Below, piece by piece: positions 36,408-45,747 of a stretch of 64,000 nucleotides of DNA. A program made the position numbers and the translations under genes. Below the pieces are notes generated by a model. The model saw nothing but the letters and a program-made list of their open reading frames with translations, did no database searches and was not told the origin of the DNA. Within the stretch, counting starts at the first letter, position 1. The number at the start of each line of letters is the position of its first letter. This stretch comes from an uncultured SAR86 cluster bacterium (GTDB lineage: Bacteria; Pseudomonadota; Gammaproteobacteria; Magnimaribacterales; AG-339-G14): contig CACJRI010000006.1 of assembly GCA_902595715.1 (NCBI GenBank), forward strand, positions 8,428-72,427, in the 5' to 3' direction.

Positions 36408-37028
36408 ATGAGTAAGAAAAATTTTGCCAAAAAAGCTATACCAATTTCTAGGCCATCCCCTGAAGAGGCTATGGAAGCCGTGAAAACGCTTCTAGCTTTT
36501 GCTGGAGATGATCCTTCTAGAGAAGGACTGGTAGAAACGCCTAAGAGAGTTATCAAAGCGTATGGTGAATTCTTTGCTGGCTACGATGAAGATCCTGAAG
36601 AAGTCCTATCTAAAACTTTTGAACAAGTTGAAGGTTATGATGAAATGGTCATAGTTAAGGGTATTCGAGTTGAGTCTCATTGTGAGCATCATATGGTTCC
36701 TATATTAGGCGTCGCTCATGTCGGCTATATACCTGACCAAAGGGTAGTAGGCATTAGTAAATTAGCTAGGATAATTGATATCTTTGGTAAAAGATTACAA
36801 ACCCAAGAAACCATGACAGCCCAAGTTGCTGACACTATCAATAATGTTTTAAAACCAAAAGGAGTTGCCGTCGTAATTGATGCTGCGCACCAATGCATGA
36901 CTACAAGAGGAATTCATAAAACTGAAACCAGCACTGTAACAAGTAGAATGTTGGGTGTTTTTAAAGAAAATGCTATCACTCGTACAGAATTTATGAATCT
37001 CATACATTCTAACTCCAACCAATCTTGA
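36408..37028 (+). CDS. folE: GTP cyclohydrolase I (FolE type 1)
   Basis: REGL.ETP.RV, SHCEHHMVP, QERLT-like RLQTQETMT and HQCMTTRG motifs. Confidence 0.95.
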   Translation: MSKKNFAKKAIPISRPSPEEAMEAVKTLLAFAGDDPSREGLVETPKRVIKAYGEFFAGYDEDPEEVLSKTFEQVEGYDEMVIVKGIRVESHCEHHMVPILGVAHVGYIPDQRVVGISKLARIIDIFGKRLQTQETMTAQVADTINNVLKPKGVAVVIDAAHQCMTTRGIHKTETSTVTSRMLGVFKENAITRTEFMNLIHSNSNQS

Positions 37029-37630
37029 GTTCAGAATCATTACCTGCACACAAAGTTATCCTTGCATCAAATTCTTCTATAAGAAAAAAAATTTTAGAAG
37101 ATGCTGGAATAACTTTTGAAGTTATAGCATCAGAAATAGACGAAGAAGAGCTGAAGAAATCTTTTTCTAGTAACAATTTCAAAGATTGCTGTCTTGCTCT
37201 AGCTAAAGCTAAAGCTTTAGATGTAAGCAATAAGCAGAAAAATGCATATGTAATTGGTTCAGATCAAATATGCTGTTATGAAGACGAAATTTTTAGCAAA
37301 CCACTAACTAAGGAAAATTGTTTCAAAACATTATCTAAATTATCTGGAAATACTCATTACCAAAACTGCGGTATCAGCATCTGTAAAGATGGGGAAGAAA
37401 TTTGGTCGCATTACGCTCAAGCAGCTCTTACCATGAAATCTTTATCAGATTCAGAAATTAACGATTACATTGATAAAGATGAGCCTTTCATGGCTTGTGG
37501 AGCCTATCGATTTGAATCCCTAGGAAAAAATTTATTTTCATCTACCAAAGGCGATGAGACGACTATCCAAGGATTGACTTTAGATCCAATATTAGAATTC
37601 TTAGGTTCTAAAAAAGTTATAGATAACTAA
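37025..37630 (+). CDS. maf: Maf-like nucleoside triphosphate pyrophosphatase
   Basis: ILASNS..R..IL...G, VIGSDQ, KP, and GAYRFES..G...I.G motifs. TTG start overlapping the folE stop. Confidence 0.8.
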   Translation: MSSESLPAHKVILASNSSIRKKILEDAGITFEVIASEIDEEELKKSFSSNNFKDCCLALAKAKALDVSNKQKNAYVIGSDQICCYEDEIFSKPLTKENCFKTLSKLSGNTHYQNCGISICKDGEEIWSHYAQAALTMKSLSDSEINDYIDKDEPFMACGAYRFESLGKNLFSSTKGDETTIQGLTLDPILEFLGSKKVIDN

Positions 37631-37693
37631 AACATTTATTAAAAATTGGACAGTCTTACTGTCATAAATTATATTTATTCAGCGGAGAGTATT

Positions 37694-38596
37694 ATGAAAA
37701 ATTTTGAAGGTAAGGTTGCAGTCATCACCGGGGCAGGTTCCGGTATGGGCAGAGAATTAGCCATAGAACTTGCAAAATCAGGAGCAAACATAGCTTTAGC
37801 AGAATGGAATGAAGATACGCTCGATGAAACTGCTGAACTTTTAAAAAATTACAATGTAGGTGTTTCCAAACATGTAATAGATGTCAGTGATAAAGAGGCA
37901 GTTTTTGCTTTGCCGCAGAAAGTCATAGATGAACATGGTGCCGTGGATATGGTTTTCAATAATGCTGGAGTTGCTTTATCACAGACAATAGAGGATTCCA
38001 CTGACGAAGATTGGGATTGGGGTTTAGGAATTCTCCTTCATGGAGTAATAAATGGAACTAGAGCTTTTTTACCTCATCTTAAAAAAAGACCAGAGGCAGC
38101 TATAATCAACACATCATCTATTTTTGGTCTTTTATCGGTTCCTACGCAATCCATTTATCATGTCGGTAAATATGGAGTAAGAGCTTTTACTGAAACTTTA
38201 GCTTTAGAAATGAAAATGGAAGATTCTCCAGTAGAGGTGTATTCGGTTCATCCAGGCCATATAGGTACTAACATTGCAAACTATGGTGTTAAAAATGACA
38301 AATTAGAAATAGAACTTGATGGAGAGGATGGAAGACCTAATTTGTTTGGACCTAAAGCGAAAACAAAAGAGGAGGTTGGAGAAATATTCAAAAATCAAGC
38401 CCCCATTAATGCCAATACAGCTGCAAAAATTATTTTAAAAAATATTAAGAAAAAAAATAAAAGAATTTTGGTTGGGGGAGACGCACGTTGGTATGACAGG
38501 ATTCAAAGATTTTTTCCAAAAAAATATATTTATTTATTACCACTGATTCCCTTAATTGGAAGGCTTTTTCCAAAGGATAAGCTTTTAGATAGATAA
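37694..38596 (+). CDS. Short-chain dehydrogenase/reductase (SDR)
   Basis: KVAVITGAGSGMGRE, NNAG, and S...Y..GK catalytic motifs. GGAGAG SD before ATG 37694 (the ORF is open from 37646). Confidence 0.85.
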   Translation: MKNFEGKVAVITGAGSGMGRELAIELAKSGANIALAEWNEDTLDETAELLKNYNVGVSKHVIDVSDKEAVFALPQKVIDEHGAVDMVFNNAGVALSQTIEDSTDEDWDWGLGILLHGVINGTRAFLPHLKKRPEAAIINTSSIFGLLSVPTQSIYHVGKYGVRAFTETLALEMKMEDSPVEVYSVHPGHIGTNIANYGVKNDKLEIELDGEDGRPNLFGPKAKTKEEVGEIFKNQAPINANTAAKIILKNIKKKNKRILVGGDARWYDRIQRFFPKKYIYLLPLIPLIGRLFPKDKLLDR

Positions 38597-38597
38597 T

Positions 38598-40250
38598 TTA
38601 TAAATCTATATCTTTGTAATCAGAGATAGATATTTTATCTACTGTTATTTTCATATCTTCTGAAGGGTCAAGAACTTTCTCTTTGAAGCGATAAATTAAG
38701 TCGTAATTTCCATTATTACTTTCTTCTAAATAAACTTTCCTTTTCGCTTCAGTTTCAGAAAGTTTTTCCTCATAATCTTTTAAATCTTTTTTATCGATTT
38801 TTGATTTGATAAAGCTTGGACTTACCACACCGCAAGAACCATTATTACCCCCAAAACCTTTAGCATTTAAATAGATAGCATCTACTTTTTCTTTATCTAC
38901 TTCTTGAGTATTCAGACAAAAATCTAAATTATCCGATAACACATCATCAGCTAATTTCTTAGTTGTATTTATTCCTGGAATCAAACCATGATTCCAAATT
39001 CCTAAAGCTGTTATTAATTCATCTCCAGCAGCAGGACCCATGGTATGACCTAACATACCTTTCAATGCAGTCACCTTCCAATTTTTTAATTTAAATCCTT
39101 CGGCGACTCTATTTAGTACATCAGATTCGGTACTTCGATTTTGATAGGTCCCTGTGCCATGAGCGATAACAATACTCTCTTGAATGGAACAACCTAATTT
39201 TAAAGTATTAGAAAGAGATTGTGCCATTGTTATGTAGTTACCAATTCCTGGAGAGCTTATAGATTTTTTGAAGCCATCCGCATTTATTGCAACGTCTGTA
39301 AAACCACCAAGTATCTTTAGACCATTTTTTATTGCAAATTCTAAAGTTGTAACCGCTACAAATTGAGCTGCTTCTCCCAAAATCATTCCAGCATTGTCTC
39401 CAAAGGGCCGACAAGCGTTTTTATGGTCTACTTCTTCAGAGTTATCATCGTTATTTCTAATCTGCATTTCTAGAATTTTTTTATCATCAGCAATTCCTGT
39501 TGTAGCTAAAAAGCCATCTGTTATCTCTGGATTTATAGGCGCTTCTGCAGATCCAACGATTGAAAAGTCTAATTCATTATTTTTGATACCTTTCAAAGCC
39601 AAATCTAAGTTGTAGAGAAAAGTTGCACAAGCTCCAGCTACTGTTCCTGTCTTTCCCAAGGATCCAAGTACATAAGCATTTATGAAATCTGCTGACATAC
39701 CAATCAAAGACATTGACAAGTGTTTAGAACTGGCTCTTTTACCAATCTTTCTAGACTGTAAAAGGCCTCCCATTCCTTCGTAGTCTAGTTGCCCTATTGC
39801 AGGACCAGAAAAAACACCTATTTTTTTTGGATCTAATAACGGTTTTATTTCAGTATCCCAGTCCTTGCCCATATTTCTTAGGCAATCAGTAACACCAAAA
39901 ATAGTCATTTGAATTCCTTTGGGATGTTGTCTGGAGTTATACATCTTTGAAAGATTTATTCCTTCAGGCAGTTGTCCAGCGGCATTCACATTCATGACAT
40001 CTTTCATTAATAAATCTGGATCAAAAAGATCTGAATTGACTTTTCTTACTAAGGTTTTTTCAAAAATGTCTTTTTCTGATGAAATTTCAGAATTCGTGAG
40101 TGAATTTAAGTCTTTAAGTAGCAATTTTTTAGAATTTGCATCAAGATTGTCTATGACTAGTCGTTTGTAAGAAAAGTCAAAAGAAGATCTTCCAGCTGAG
40201 TTTATACCTCCAACACTGCAAATAACTGGAAATCTTTTAAAATCTTGCAT
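38598..40250 (-). CDS. fabY: Atypical KAS I/II-fold beta-ketoacyl synthase, FabY-like
   Basis: Catalytic triad contexts GACATF (Cys), HGTGT (His), GHTMGPAAG (His). Also an N-terminal GGINSAGRSSF segment, AGQLP....YNSR.HP.G.QM insert, DFINAYVLGS and KGFGGNN, as I recall for the P. aeruginosa FabY (PA5174) class. The ketosynthase fold is certain; the FabY subtype is from memory. Confidence 0.65.
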   Translation of the reverse strand: MQDFKRFPVICSVGGINSAGRSSFDFSYKRLVIDNLDANSKKLLLKDLNSLTNSEISSEKDIFEKTLVRKVNSDLFDPDLLMKDVMNVNAAGQLPEGINLSKMYNSRQHPKGIQMTIFGVTDCLRNMGKDWDTEIKPLLDPKKIGVFSGPAIGQLDYEGMGGLLQSRKIGKRASSKHLSMSLIGMSADFINAYVLGSLGKTGTVAGACATFLYNLDLALKGIKNNELDFSIVGSAEAPINPEITDGFLATTGIADDKKILEMQIRNNDDNSEEVDHKNACRPFGDNAGMILGEAAQFVAVTTLEFAIKNGLKILGGFTDVAINADGFKKSISSPGIGNYITMAQSLSNTLKLGCSIQESIVIAHGTGTYQNRSTESDVLNRVAEGFKLKNWKVTALKGMLGHTMGPAAGDELITALGIWNHGLIPGINTTKKLADDVLSDNLDFCLNTQEVDKEKVDAIYLNAKGFGGNNGSCGVVSPSFIKSKIDKKDLKDYEEKLSETEAKRKVYLEESNNGNYDLIYRFKEKVLDPSEDMKITVDKISISDYKDIDL

Positions 40251-40308
40251 GTAAAATTTATTTAAATTAACTTATGAGTTTAATTTTACATTATTTAGAG
40301 GAGAGGAC

Positions 40309-41850
40309 ATGCATCCAGGAATAAACGGACCTAAATTAAAGGATAAGCCGGCCATTATCATGGCGGGAAGTGGTGACGTAATCACTCACCAAGAATTAAA
40401 TGAATTATCAAATCAAGGGGCTCAATTATTTAGATCTTTAGGTCTTAAACCTGGAGATAGTATGGCTTTTATGATGGAAAACCATAAGTTATTTTTTCCA
40501 ATCGCCTTTGCTGCTTATCGAAGTGGATTGAAGTATACAGCTATAAGCTGGAGACTCCAGGCAAGTGAAGTTGAATATATTGTTAAAGATTGTGGCGCAA
40601 AAGTTTTCATAACTAGCAAATTCCTTGAAGAATCTGCAAAGTCTTTAGCGAATTCTTTAGAAGGAGTTCATAAGTTCATGCTTGATGGTACAACAGATGA
40701 TTTTAAGTCTTATGAGGAAGAAATAAAAAATATGCCAGACACTCCTATAGAGGATGAGTGTCAGGGAGCTGCAATGTTGTATTCTTCAGGAACAACCGGA
40801 AAGCCCAAAGGAGTAAGTCGAGAAATAAGTTTAAATCCTTTGCCTTATAAAGCTGATGAAGATGACTTAGGTCTCACTCGCGTTGTTCAAGGATTGTATT
40901 CTGCTGATGAAGATTCTGTTTACTTATCTCCAGCTCCTCTTTATCACTCAGCGCCAATGGGGTTCAATACGGGATTTCTTGCCTTGGGAGCAACCAGTAT
41001 TATTTTAGAAAAATTTGATCCTGAAGCAGCTCTAGCTGCCATAGAAAAGTACAAAGTCACTCATAGTCAGTGGGTTCCAACAATGTTTATAAGATTTTTA
41101 AAAAGTGATCCAGAGATTTTGAATAAATATGATTTGTCATCTCATCGAATAGCAATTCATGCTGCAGCACCTTGTCCAGTAGAAGTAAAAGAGAAAATGA
41201 TAGATTGGTGGGGGCCCATTATTAACGAATACTATGCAGGAACCGAATTCAATGGTTTTGTTGCATGCAATTCAGAACAATGGCTTTCTCATAAGGGTAC
41301 AGTTGGTCAATCCTTACTTGGTCCAATACATATTTTAGATGATGATCAAAATGAAGTGCCTGTTGGAGAAGAGGGGACTATTTACTTTGAAGGACCTACT
41401 GCAAATGGATTTTCTTATCACAATGACAAAGAAAAAACTAAAGGTGCTACTTCAAAACAAGGCTATACAACCTTAGGAGATATAGGTTATTTAGATGAAG
41501 ATGGTTTTCTGTACTTAACAGATAGAAAGGCTTTTATGATCATTTCTGGAGGGGTGAACATTTATCCAAAAGAGACTGAAGACGCATTAATCATGCATCC
41601 TAAAGTTGCTGATGTTGCTGTTTTTGGCGTACCCAATGAAGAAATGGGTGAAGAGGTTAAAGCAGTAGTTCAACCAGAAGATATGAATCTTGCTGGAGAA
41701 GATCTAGAAGCTGAACTTATGGCGTATTGTCGTGAAAATATATCTCATGTGAAGTGTCCCAAATCCATAGATTTCAGAGAAGAACTACCTAGACATCCTA
41801 CCGGGAAACTTTATAAAAGACTTCTAAAAGACGAGTATTGGAAAAATTAA
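40309..41850 (+). CDS. Acyl-CoA synthetase (AMP-forming, ANL superfamily)
   Basis: AMP-binding motif [35 protein letters not shown] and PTGKLYKR. Confidence 0.85.
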   Translation: MHPGINGPKLKDKPAIIMAGSGDVITHQELNELSNQGAQLFRSLGLKPGDSMAFMMENHKLFFPIAFAAYRSGLKYTAISWRLQASEVEYIVKDCGAKVFITSKFLEESAKSLANSLEGVHKFMLDGTTDDFKSYEEEIKNMPDTPIEDECQGAAMLYSSGTTGKPKGVSREISLNPLPYKADEDDLGLTRVVQGLYSADEDSVYLSPAPLYHSAPMGFNTGFLALGATSIILEKFDPEAALAAIEKYKVTHSQWVPTMFIRFLKSDPEILNKYDLSSHRIAIHAAAPCPVEVKEKMIDWWGPIINEYYAGTEFNGFVACNSEQWLSHKGTVGQSLLGPIHILDDDQNEVPVGEEGTIYFEGPTANGFSYHNDKEKTKGATSKQGYTTLGDIGYLDEDGFLYLTDRKAFMIISGGVNIYPKETEDALIMHPKVADVAVFGVPNEEMGEEVKAVVQPEDMNLAGEDLEAELMAYCRENISHVKCPKSIDFREELPRHPTGKLYKRLLKDEYWKN

Positions 41851-42692
41851 TCAATACCTATTTTAGCTTCACAGCTTTCTAAAGTTTGCATAATCAATGT
41901 ATTAATTGTCATTGGTCCAACACCGCCAGGAACGGGAGTGTAAGCAAATGATCTTGAAATGACTCCCTCAAGATCGATATCACCACATTTCTCAGGATGA
42001 TATCCTGCGTCAATAACAACAGCATTATCTTTAATCCAGTCACTTTTAATGAACTTTGGAATACCGACCGCACCTACTATGATGTCTGCTGAAGATATAA
42101 TTTCAGGTAAATTTTTTGTTCTAGAATGACAAATCGTTACTGTTGCATTTTCATTTAATAACATCATCGCCATAGGCTTTCCCAATATAGGACTCCTTCC
42201 AACAACAACCGCAAACTTTCCTTCTAAAGGAATTTCATATTCTTTCAAGAGACGCATAATTCCATAAGGGGTACATGAACCATAAGCTTTTTCTTGCATA
42301 CTCATTCTTCCAAATCCCAAACTAGTTACTCCATCAACATCTTTTTTTATATCTATCGCATCAAAACAAGATCTTTCATCAATATGTTCTGGAACAGGAT
42401 GCTGCAACAATATTCCATGCACATCCTCATTAGAATTTAGTTCTTCAATTTTTTCGATTAATTCCGAAGTAGTTGTAGCTTCATCAAGTTCAATTTTCAT
42501 AGAGTCCATTCCAACTCTTTTACAGGCATTTCCCTTCATTTTGACATAGGTCGCAGAAGCAGGATCGTTTCCTACTAAAATTGTTGCCAATATCGGCGTG
42601 GAATGATTTTTAGCTTTAATTTTTTCGACACGTTTGGAAAAATCTTTTTCTGATTTTAGGGATAATTCTTTTCCGTCTAGTACTATAGTCAT
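41847..42692 (-). CDS. folD: Bifunctional methylene-THF dehydrogenase/methenyl-THF cyclohydrolase
   Basis: YV..K.K.C..VG, LLQHPVP, VVVGRS.I.GKP and PGGVGPMT motifs. Confidence 0.95.
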   Translation of the reverse strand: MTIVLDGKELSLKSEKDFSKRVEKIKAKNHSTPILATILVGNDPASATYVKMKGNACKRVGMDSMKIELDEATTTSELIEKIEELNSNEDVHGILLQHPVPEHIDERSCFDAIDIKKDVDGVTSLGFGRMSMQEKAYGSCTPYGIMRLLKEYEIPLEGKFAVVVGRSPILGKPMAMMLLNENATVTICHSRTKNLPEIISSADIIVGAVGIPKFIKSDWIKDNAVVIDAGYHPEKCGDIDLEGVISRSFAYTPVPGGVGPMTINTLIMQTLESCEAKIGID

Positions 42693-42731
42693 GGTTATTT
42701 GTTATCATACCACCCCTTAATTAAAAATTAA

Positions 42732-42808
42732 CGGGGTGTAGCGCAGTCTGGTAGCGCGCCTGCTTTGGGAGCAGGATGTCGGGGGTTCAAATCCCTCCAC
42801 CCCGACCA
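42732..42808 (+). tRNA. tRNA-Pro (anticodon UGG)
   Basis: Acceptor CGGGGTG/CACCCCG (C1:G72, typical of bacterial tRNA-Pro), anticodon stem CCTGC/GCAGG with loop TTTGGGA, T-arm GGGGG-TTCAAAT-CCCTC, ACCA end. Confidence 0.95.
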
Positions 42809-42815
42809 AAAATTA

Positions 42816-43622
42816 ATGACTTATTTACAAAATAAAACAGCTTTAGTTACAGGTTCCTCTTCGGGCATTGGATTTGAAATAGTTAAATATCTTTCTAAAT
42901 TTGATATGCAAATTATTATTACAGCTAGGAGAGAAGACAAATTATTAGAACTTAAAGAAGAAGTGGAGTCTAACTCAAACTCAAAAGTAATAGTTTTGGT
43001 AAAAGATTTGGCTAAATCTGAAAGTCCTCAGGAAATTTATGATTTCTGTCAAAACAACAACTATAAAATTGATTTTTTAATAAATAATGCTGGGTATGGA
43101 TTTACTGAAGACTTTGATTCTTATGATCTTGATAAACTAGATGATTTTCTAAATGTCTTGTTGAACTCTTTGGTTAAACTAACGCGTCTTTTTATCAAAG
43201 ATATGAAAGAAAGAAAATCAGGAAAGATTCTTCAGGTATCTTCAATTGCTGGAATAATTCCAAGCGGAAGTGGAGCTATCGGCATTTATGGGAATATAAA
43301 GAATTTTGTTAATGAATTTACCATCACGCTAAATAGTACATACAAAAAATACAATGTGCATGTTTGTGCTCTTTGCCCCGGTTTTACAGAAACAGGATTT
43401 AACGAAAGGGCAGGATTTAATATGCAATATTCAGATGTTCCTTCCTTGTTTTTGATGTCTGCAAAACAAGTCGCAGAACAAGGCGTAAATGCTTGTTTAA
43501 AAGGAAAAGAAATTTATGTTGTAAGAGGAGGATTCAATAAGACAATGATATTCATATCTAAATTCATTCCAAACAAGGTTTTAAGATTTATCTTTGGCTC
43601 ATTAGTCAATTTTGGTAAGTAA
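42816..43622 (+). CDS. Short-chain dehydrogenase/reductase (SDR)
   Basis: TALVTGSSSGIG, NNAG, and S...Y..IK motifs. The first ATG after tRNA-Pro is taken, because the ORF-track start at 42765 lies inside the tRNA. Confidence 0.8.
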   Translation: MTYLQNKTALVTGSSSGIGFEIVKYLSKFDMQIIITARREDKLLELKEEVESNSNSKVIVLVKDLAKSESPQEIYDFCQNNNYKIDFLINNAGYGFTEDFDSYDLDKLDDFLNVLLNSLVKLTRLFIKDMKERKSGKILQVSSIAGIIPSGSGAIGIYGNIKNFVNEFTITLNSTYKKYNVHVCALCPGFTETGFNERAGFNMQYSDVPSLFLMSAKQVAEQGVNACLKGKEIYVVRGGFNKTMIFISKFIPNKVLRFIFGSLVNFGK

Positions 43623-43662
43623 AGACTATTCGTAAGTATTTTTATACAATAGCAAAAATTCA

Positions 43663-43739
43663 CTCCCGGTAGCTCAGCTGGATAGAGCATCTGCCTTCTA
43701 AGCAGAGGGTCGCAGGTTCGAATCCTGCCCGGGAGGCCA
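43663..43739 (+). tRNA. tRNA-Arg (anticodon UCU)
   Basis: Acceptor CTCCCGG/CCGGGAG, D-arm GCTC-AGCTGGATA-GAGC, anticodon stem TCTGC/GCAGA with loop CTTCTAA, T-arm GCAGG-TTCGAAT-CCTGC, G73, CCA. Confidence 0.9.
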
Positions 43740-43744
43740 CTAAT

Positions 43745-43821
43745 GGTGGGCGTAGCTCAGTTGGTAGAGCACTGGTTTGTGGTACCGGTTGTCGTGGGTT
43801 CGAGCCCCATCGCCCACCCCA
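43745..43821 (+). tRNA. tRNA-His (anticodon GUG) with encoded G-1
   Basis: Extra 5' G (G-1) opposite C73, acceptor GTGGGCG/CGCCCAC, anticodon loop TTGTGGT, T-arm GTGGG-TTCGAGC-CCCAT, CCA. Confidence 0.95.
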
Positions 43822-43840
43822 ATAAAAAAAGAAGGATATT

Positions 43841-45133
43841 ATGTTTAGTAAAAAAAATAATCTTGAGAAAAAAATTAAATTAAATATTTCATCTAAAGAC
43901 CTTGAAAGTGATTTCAAAAAAAGACTTCTGACTCAGCAATCTTCCTCTGACTTGAAGGGATTTAGAAAAGGTAAAGCTCCATTGGACGTAATTGAAAAAT
44001 ACTATGGAGACCAAATCAAACAACGACTAATCATGGATAAAATGGGGGATATCTTTTATAAAAAGATTTCTGAAGAAAATATACCTGTAGTTGGCCAACC
44101 TAGTTTTGCTCCAGAATCTTTTGATATAAAAAAAGATATTAAATTTGAAGTCTCCTATGAAATTTATCCAGAGTTTTCTCTAACCAAAATGGGCTCGCTA
44201 TCTTTCAAAAAGCCAGTTTCAAAAGTTACAAATGAAGATGTTAAAAAAGCTACTGACTTGGTTTTAAAGAGATATGGAAAAGCTGAACCAGTAGATGAAA
44301 AAAGTAAGGAGGGAAATTTTGTCAAAATTGATTTCGAAGGTTTTTTGAATGAAGAAAAATTTGAAGGTGGTGAAGCACAAGATTATTCTCTTGAACTAGG
44401 ATCAAAAACTATGATTCCTGGCTTTGAAGAACAAATTATTGGTATGAAAGCTTCAGAGACTAAAGAAATAGAAGTAACTTTTCCAGAAGACTATCAAGCA
44501 GACAATTTAAAAGGTCAGAAGGTACTTTTTAAAATTAAAATGAAAGAAGTTTCAGAAGTTAAGTTACCTAATCTTGATGAGGAATTTTTTAAATCCATAA
44601 ATATGGATGTAAAAACAAAAGAAGAATTTGAAAAAAAAATAGAAGATCAACTTCAAACTGATTTAAAAGCAAATCTAAAAGCAAAAACTAAACAAAGAAT
44701 ATTTGATGTATTTGAAAGTTCAAATCAAATTGATATCCCTCAAAGCATGATAATTTCTGAGGCAAATAATTTAAGAAATAATACTGCTCAACAAATGGGA
44801 TTAGATATTAGTAAATTAGAAGAAGATCAGTTCCCTATTGATAACTTCAAAGAAAATGCTCTTAAAAGAGTTAGGTTGGGAGTACTAATTAATAAATTAA
44901 TTGAAGAAAATAACATCTCTGTCGATAACGATACTTTGAAGAAAGAAATTGAAGATAAATCAAAATCATTCAAAGATCCTGAGCAATATGTCAATTGGAT
45001 ATATGGTAATGAAGAACAATTAAAAAATATTGAGTCTCTTGTATTAGAGGATAAAGTTGCAGAATACTTAGAAGGCAAATCTAAAGTAGAAGAAGAGTCG
45101 TTAAGTTTTGAAGAACTAGTTTCTATGGGTTAA
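43841..45133 (+). CDS. tig: Trigger factor
   Basis: GFRKGKAP ribosome-binding signature, FKBP-type middle domain (GF..G.KFEGG), and the conserved position upstream of clpP-clpX-lon. Confidence 0.9.
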   Translation: MFSKKNNLEKKIKLNISSKDLESDFKKRLLTQQSSSDLKGFRKGKAPLDVIEKYYGDQIKQRLIMDKMGDIFYKKISEENIPVVGQPSFAPESFDIKKDIKFEVSYEIYPEFSLTKMGSLSFKKPVSKVTNEDVKKATDLVLKRYGKAEPVDEKSKEGNFVKIDFEGFLNEEKFEGGEAQDYSLELGSKTMIPGFEEQIIGMKASETKEIEVTFPEDYQADNLKGQKVLFKIKMKEVSEVKLPNLDEEFFKSINMDVKTKEEFEKKIEDQLQTDLKANLKAKTKQRIFDVFESSNQIDIPQSMIISEANNLRNNTAQQMGLDISKLEEDQFPIDNFKENALKRVRLGVLINKLIEENNISVDNDTLKKEIEDKSKSFKDPEQYVNWIYGNEEQLKNIESLVLEDKVAEYLEGKSKVEEESLSFEELVSMG

Positions 45134-45142
45134 ATTAAGATT

Positions 45143-45745
45143 ATGACAAATATTAAAAATCAACTTGTTCCAATGGTTGTGGAACAAACACCAAGAGGAG
45201 AAAGGGCTTTTGACATATACTCAAGACTTCTTAAGGAAAGAGTTATCTTTATCACCGGTCCCATTGAAGACCACATGGCCAATTTGGTTGTTGCACAGTT
45301 GCTTTTTCTTGAAGCTGAAAATCCTGAAAAAGATATTAATATCTATATAAATTCACCTGGTGGCTCAGTAACTTCAGGCATGTCTATTTACGATACTATG
45401 TCTTACATTAAACCGGATATAAGTACTTTGTGTATAGGTCAAGCTTCTAGTATGGGGGCAATCTTATTGACCGGAGGAACTAAAGGAAAAAGATTTGCTC
45501 TCCCTAATTCTAGAATAATGATCCACCAACCTTTGGGAGGATTTCAAGGACAGGCAACCGACATAGAAATCCATGCTCAGGAAATACTAAAAATTAGAAC
45601 TAAACTAAATGAAATTCTGTCTCATCATAGTGGAAAAGATATTGACAAAGTTAGCCAAGATACTGAAAGAGATAATTTTATGAGCGGTGATGAAGCTGTA
45701 AAATATGGTTTAATAGATAAAGTTATTGATAAAAGAGATAAATAG
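45143..45745 (+). CDS. clpP: ATP-dependent Clp protease proteolytic subunit
   Basis: [19 protein letters not shown], catalytic GQASSMGA (Ser), MIHQP (His). Confidence 0.97.
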   Translation: MTNIKNQLVPMVVEQTPRGERAFDIYSRLLKERVIFITGPIEDHMANLVVAQLLFLEAENPEKDINIYINSPGGSVTSGMSIYDTMSYIKPDISTLCIGQASSMGAILLTGGTKGKRFALPNSRIMIHQPLGGFQGQATDIEIHAQEILKIRTKLNEILSHHSGKDIDKVSQDTERDNFMSGDEAVKYGLIDKVIDKRDK

Positions 45746-45747
45746 GG

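Noticed and set aside
37649-37663. Hairpin GACAGT-CTT-ACTGTC just after maf
   Set aside because: The stem is only 6 bp with a 3-nt loop and no clean T tract. It could be a weak terminator or chance, so it is not reported as a feature.
40251-40308. Imperfect AT-rich inverted repeat (TAAATTAAC..GTTTAATTT) in the fabY / acyl-CoA synthetase divergent region, as a possible regulator operator
   Set aside because: It is imperfect, has an indel, and is composed almost entirely of A/T in an AT-rich genome, so a chance occurrence is likely.
42765-42815. N-terminal 17 codons of the ORF-track entry 42765..43622 (MGAGCRGFKSLHPDQKL)
   Set aside because: This stretch is the tRNA-Pro gene read as protein. 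The SDR Rossmann motif starts right after the next Met, at 42816.
43660-43917. 85-aa minus-strand ORF
   Set aside because: It is antisense to tRNA-Arg and tRNA-His and to the tig start. Its Gly/Arg/Pro-rich translation is an artefact of the GC-rich tRNA sequence.
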